Both the position numbers and the translations under genes were made by a program. Source: Raillietiella orientalis (lineage: Eukaryota). From it: DNA of 64,000 bases. Each line of letters opens with the position of its first letter. Within the stretch, counting starts at the first letter, position 1. The stretch spans positions 62,001 through 126,000 of the forward strand of contig JAYWIR010000086.1 in NCBI GenBank assembly GCA_036172245.1. The letters are read 5' to 3'. Of the stretch, positions 61,901-64,000 are shown in pieces. The notes under the pieces were generated by a model. It made no database searches, was not told where the DNA came from, and saw only the letters and a list, made by a program, of their open reading frames with translations.

Positions 61901-62269
61901 CAGGGCGCCTTCGGGGCTGTTGCCGCCGAGGGAAGTTTCTAGGGGTTCCCAGAGGGGCCAGTGGGCGGCGCAACCCGCGAGCAGGAGGCGCGGAAGGCAT
62001 TCGTTCGCGCTCCCCGCACCCGGAAGCACCGGCAAGGGAGCGCGCCCGGGGAGAACGCGGAGCAAACGGCGACCTTGTCCCGGTGTCGCCGCCTCGGGCG
62101 AAGGCGGGGCGGCACGGTTTCGGGAACTTAATGGCGTTACATGGGGCGCTGGCGCCGGGACTCGGTCCCTTCTACCTGCCTTCCTTGTTTCGGCGTTCGG
62201 GGAGAGGTGTTTCCCGGTCCGGGCCGCCGCGGCAGGCGGGCGGCCCGGACCTCGGAAGGACGGGAGGGA

Positions 62270-63350
62270 GGGGATCCAGCCGCAGGAAACTCGACCTTCT
62301 GAGCCGGGAGTGCTCTTCAGGCTCGTAGGAGGAAAAGTCCTTGGGAGCTTTTCCTACTTCGAGTCTGAAGGTTTCCCCGCAAGAGCTCGGAGGCGTGGCT
62401 GTCGGACGGACGGATGTGGTCCGTAGCAGCGGTGGCCAAGCACCCGTGTCCTCGGCGCGCGGGGCTCAGGTCGGGAGCACGGTGGTGGTTCCTGGATGCC
62501 ACTAAAGCCGGAGTCGGATGAGGAGAACGCGTCGTCGTCGTCGTCTCCTGCTCCTTGCCCCCTCCCCCTCCTCTCGTTCCTTCTCGCCCGGAAGCGTCAG
62601 CCGCGAGTGGAGTCGGGAAGATATTCCCGTCCCGCCGACGGATTCCCGCGGGCGCTCGCGACCCCACGGGGCGCCTGCCGAAGACTGAAGACCCACGAGT
62701 GGTTTCCCCCGACTTTTTTTCCCTTCCGGGACGGGGACGGAGGGAAGGGAAGCATCTGTTCTGTTCCACGCAAAAGCTACTGGCAGGGTTGCGTAGGGCA
62801 TCCGCGCTCACGATGGGGATCATTTCCCTGGAGCACCCTCGATTTGGAGGCATTCCTTCCCTCAGCCAATCACGTTCCCCGGTCCTACCACCACCTCCAC
62901 CACCGTCGATGTGGAGCTTCCTCTCCGTCCCTCGCGTGCGCGCACGCGGAACGAAGGACGAAGACGCGTGCCGAGCTCTTCCTCCTAGCCAGCTCTGGGC
63001 TTTCCGCAGGCGCGGGTCGGGTTGGACCCCACTTGCCTCCCCTATTTCCCTTTCTCTTCGAACTTTCCTCGCCCTTGCTCGTCCCTCTTTCTCAAGTCGG
63101 GGGAGGAGCAAGCGAGCACCGAAACCGGAGCCGAGGCGGGGGAAAACTTCGTCTGCGCCTTTGGGGGGGGGGGGGCGCTCGCGGGGTTTCCAACATGCAA
63201 ATCACCACCATCAGATCACGGAACGATTTGGATGGTCGCCAACGGAAGGTGCCAGTGCCGGGAACCCCGAAGTATAAGAGATCATTGGAGAGACGAGAGG
63301 GATTCCTCCTCTGTTGCTTCTTTGTGCGTGTGTGCGCTTGCAGGGTGCGG
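62270..63350 (+). mobile_element. Possible decayed LINE ORF2 fragments
   Basis: Weak ordered ghosts GIQPQETR (LQET), GIISL/LDLEAF (ISLDxEKAF), MVANG..REGFLLCCFF (VNG..RQG.PLS.LF). Confidence 0.25.
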
Positions 63351-64000
63351 AGCTGAGAAGAGAGCGGCATCGCAGACCGGGTTACTTTCGTATGTGTGTG
63401 TGTGGGGGGGGGGGTGAAGGAGAGAGAGTTGCCGGTTATGCAGCGATCGCTGTTGCCGTCACGGCGGCTGCCTGTGCGCACGCATGCCCTCGAGTGCCGA
63501 GCGAGTAGCCGTCACGTGATTGCAATCCCACCGCTTCCATCACGTAACGTAACCTCCCCCCCCCCCCACCCGTTTTCGGGTGCGGACAGCTCCCGAAAAC
63601 GAGTCTCCGAAACCGCGCACACCGTGCTGGCTCACGCCCCAGGATCTCCCTCTCGTTTCCTCCCCGTTACCCAGCGACACTGGGTCCGGACCCGAACGAT
63701 AGGACCTCTGCAGCCAATCGGTCGGGTTACCCGGCGGCCGGACGCGATGCTGCGATGCAGCTCCCGTTCCGACAGGGATGCGTACGGGAAGCAGGTCCCG
63801 CCCTTGCGAAAAGCTCCGGGGGGGAGGGGAACACTAGTTCCGGGGGTATGCAGCAATCCTTGGGGAGGGATACAACGGGAAGTCCCAGCATCCTTTGCGT
63901 GCGTTTCTCCCATTCGTTTCTCCCATGGAAGAGCTTCTCCCATCGGAAGGCAGGTTGGATCCGTGTCGCGTCGCTTCTCCCTCCTAGGGGTTAAGGAAAG

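Noticed and set aside
1..64000. CRISPR arrays, rRNA, tRNA, intact transposases or LTR elements
   Set aside because: No regularly spaced repeat-spacer units, cloverleaf/A-B box pairs, rRNA-like tracts, DDE/integrase ORFs or LTR pairs seen by eye; tRNAscan-SE and Infernal were not run.

Overview
Eukaryotic, almost certainly arthropod (pancrustacean-like) DNA in three compositional blocks: GC-rich (1 to ~12.6 kb), AT-rich and CpG-poor (~12.7-36 kb), and GC-rich again (~36-64 kb). The AT-rich block holds four intron-containing genes whose exons I reconstructed by hand: a TOPAZ1-like gene (+), FNTA (+), EDRF1 (-) and Rab10 (+). The GC-rich blocks hold an R&R cuticular protein gene, a likely first coding exon of an unidentified gene at ~56.3 kb, and many decayed L1/Tx1-type LINE fragments; most long GC-rich ORFs in the track look spurious. 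Main observations: (i) 38-57 nt spliceosomal introns with almost no polypyrimidine tract; (ii) FNTA starts at an apparently unpaired splice acceptor ~75 nt after the TOPAZ1-like poly(A) signal, with no visible promoter of its own (operon/trans-splicing or shared-promoter hypothesis); (iii) FNTA and EDRF1 stop codons are 7 bp apart; (iv) a LINE family whose 3' ends show no poly(A) tail and share AATAAA followed by a CCCGG-N5-CCGGG hairpin. All homology calls are from recalled motifs, not database searches, and relic coordinates are approximate.
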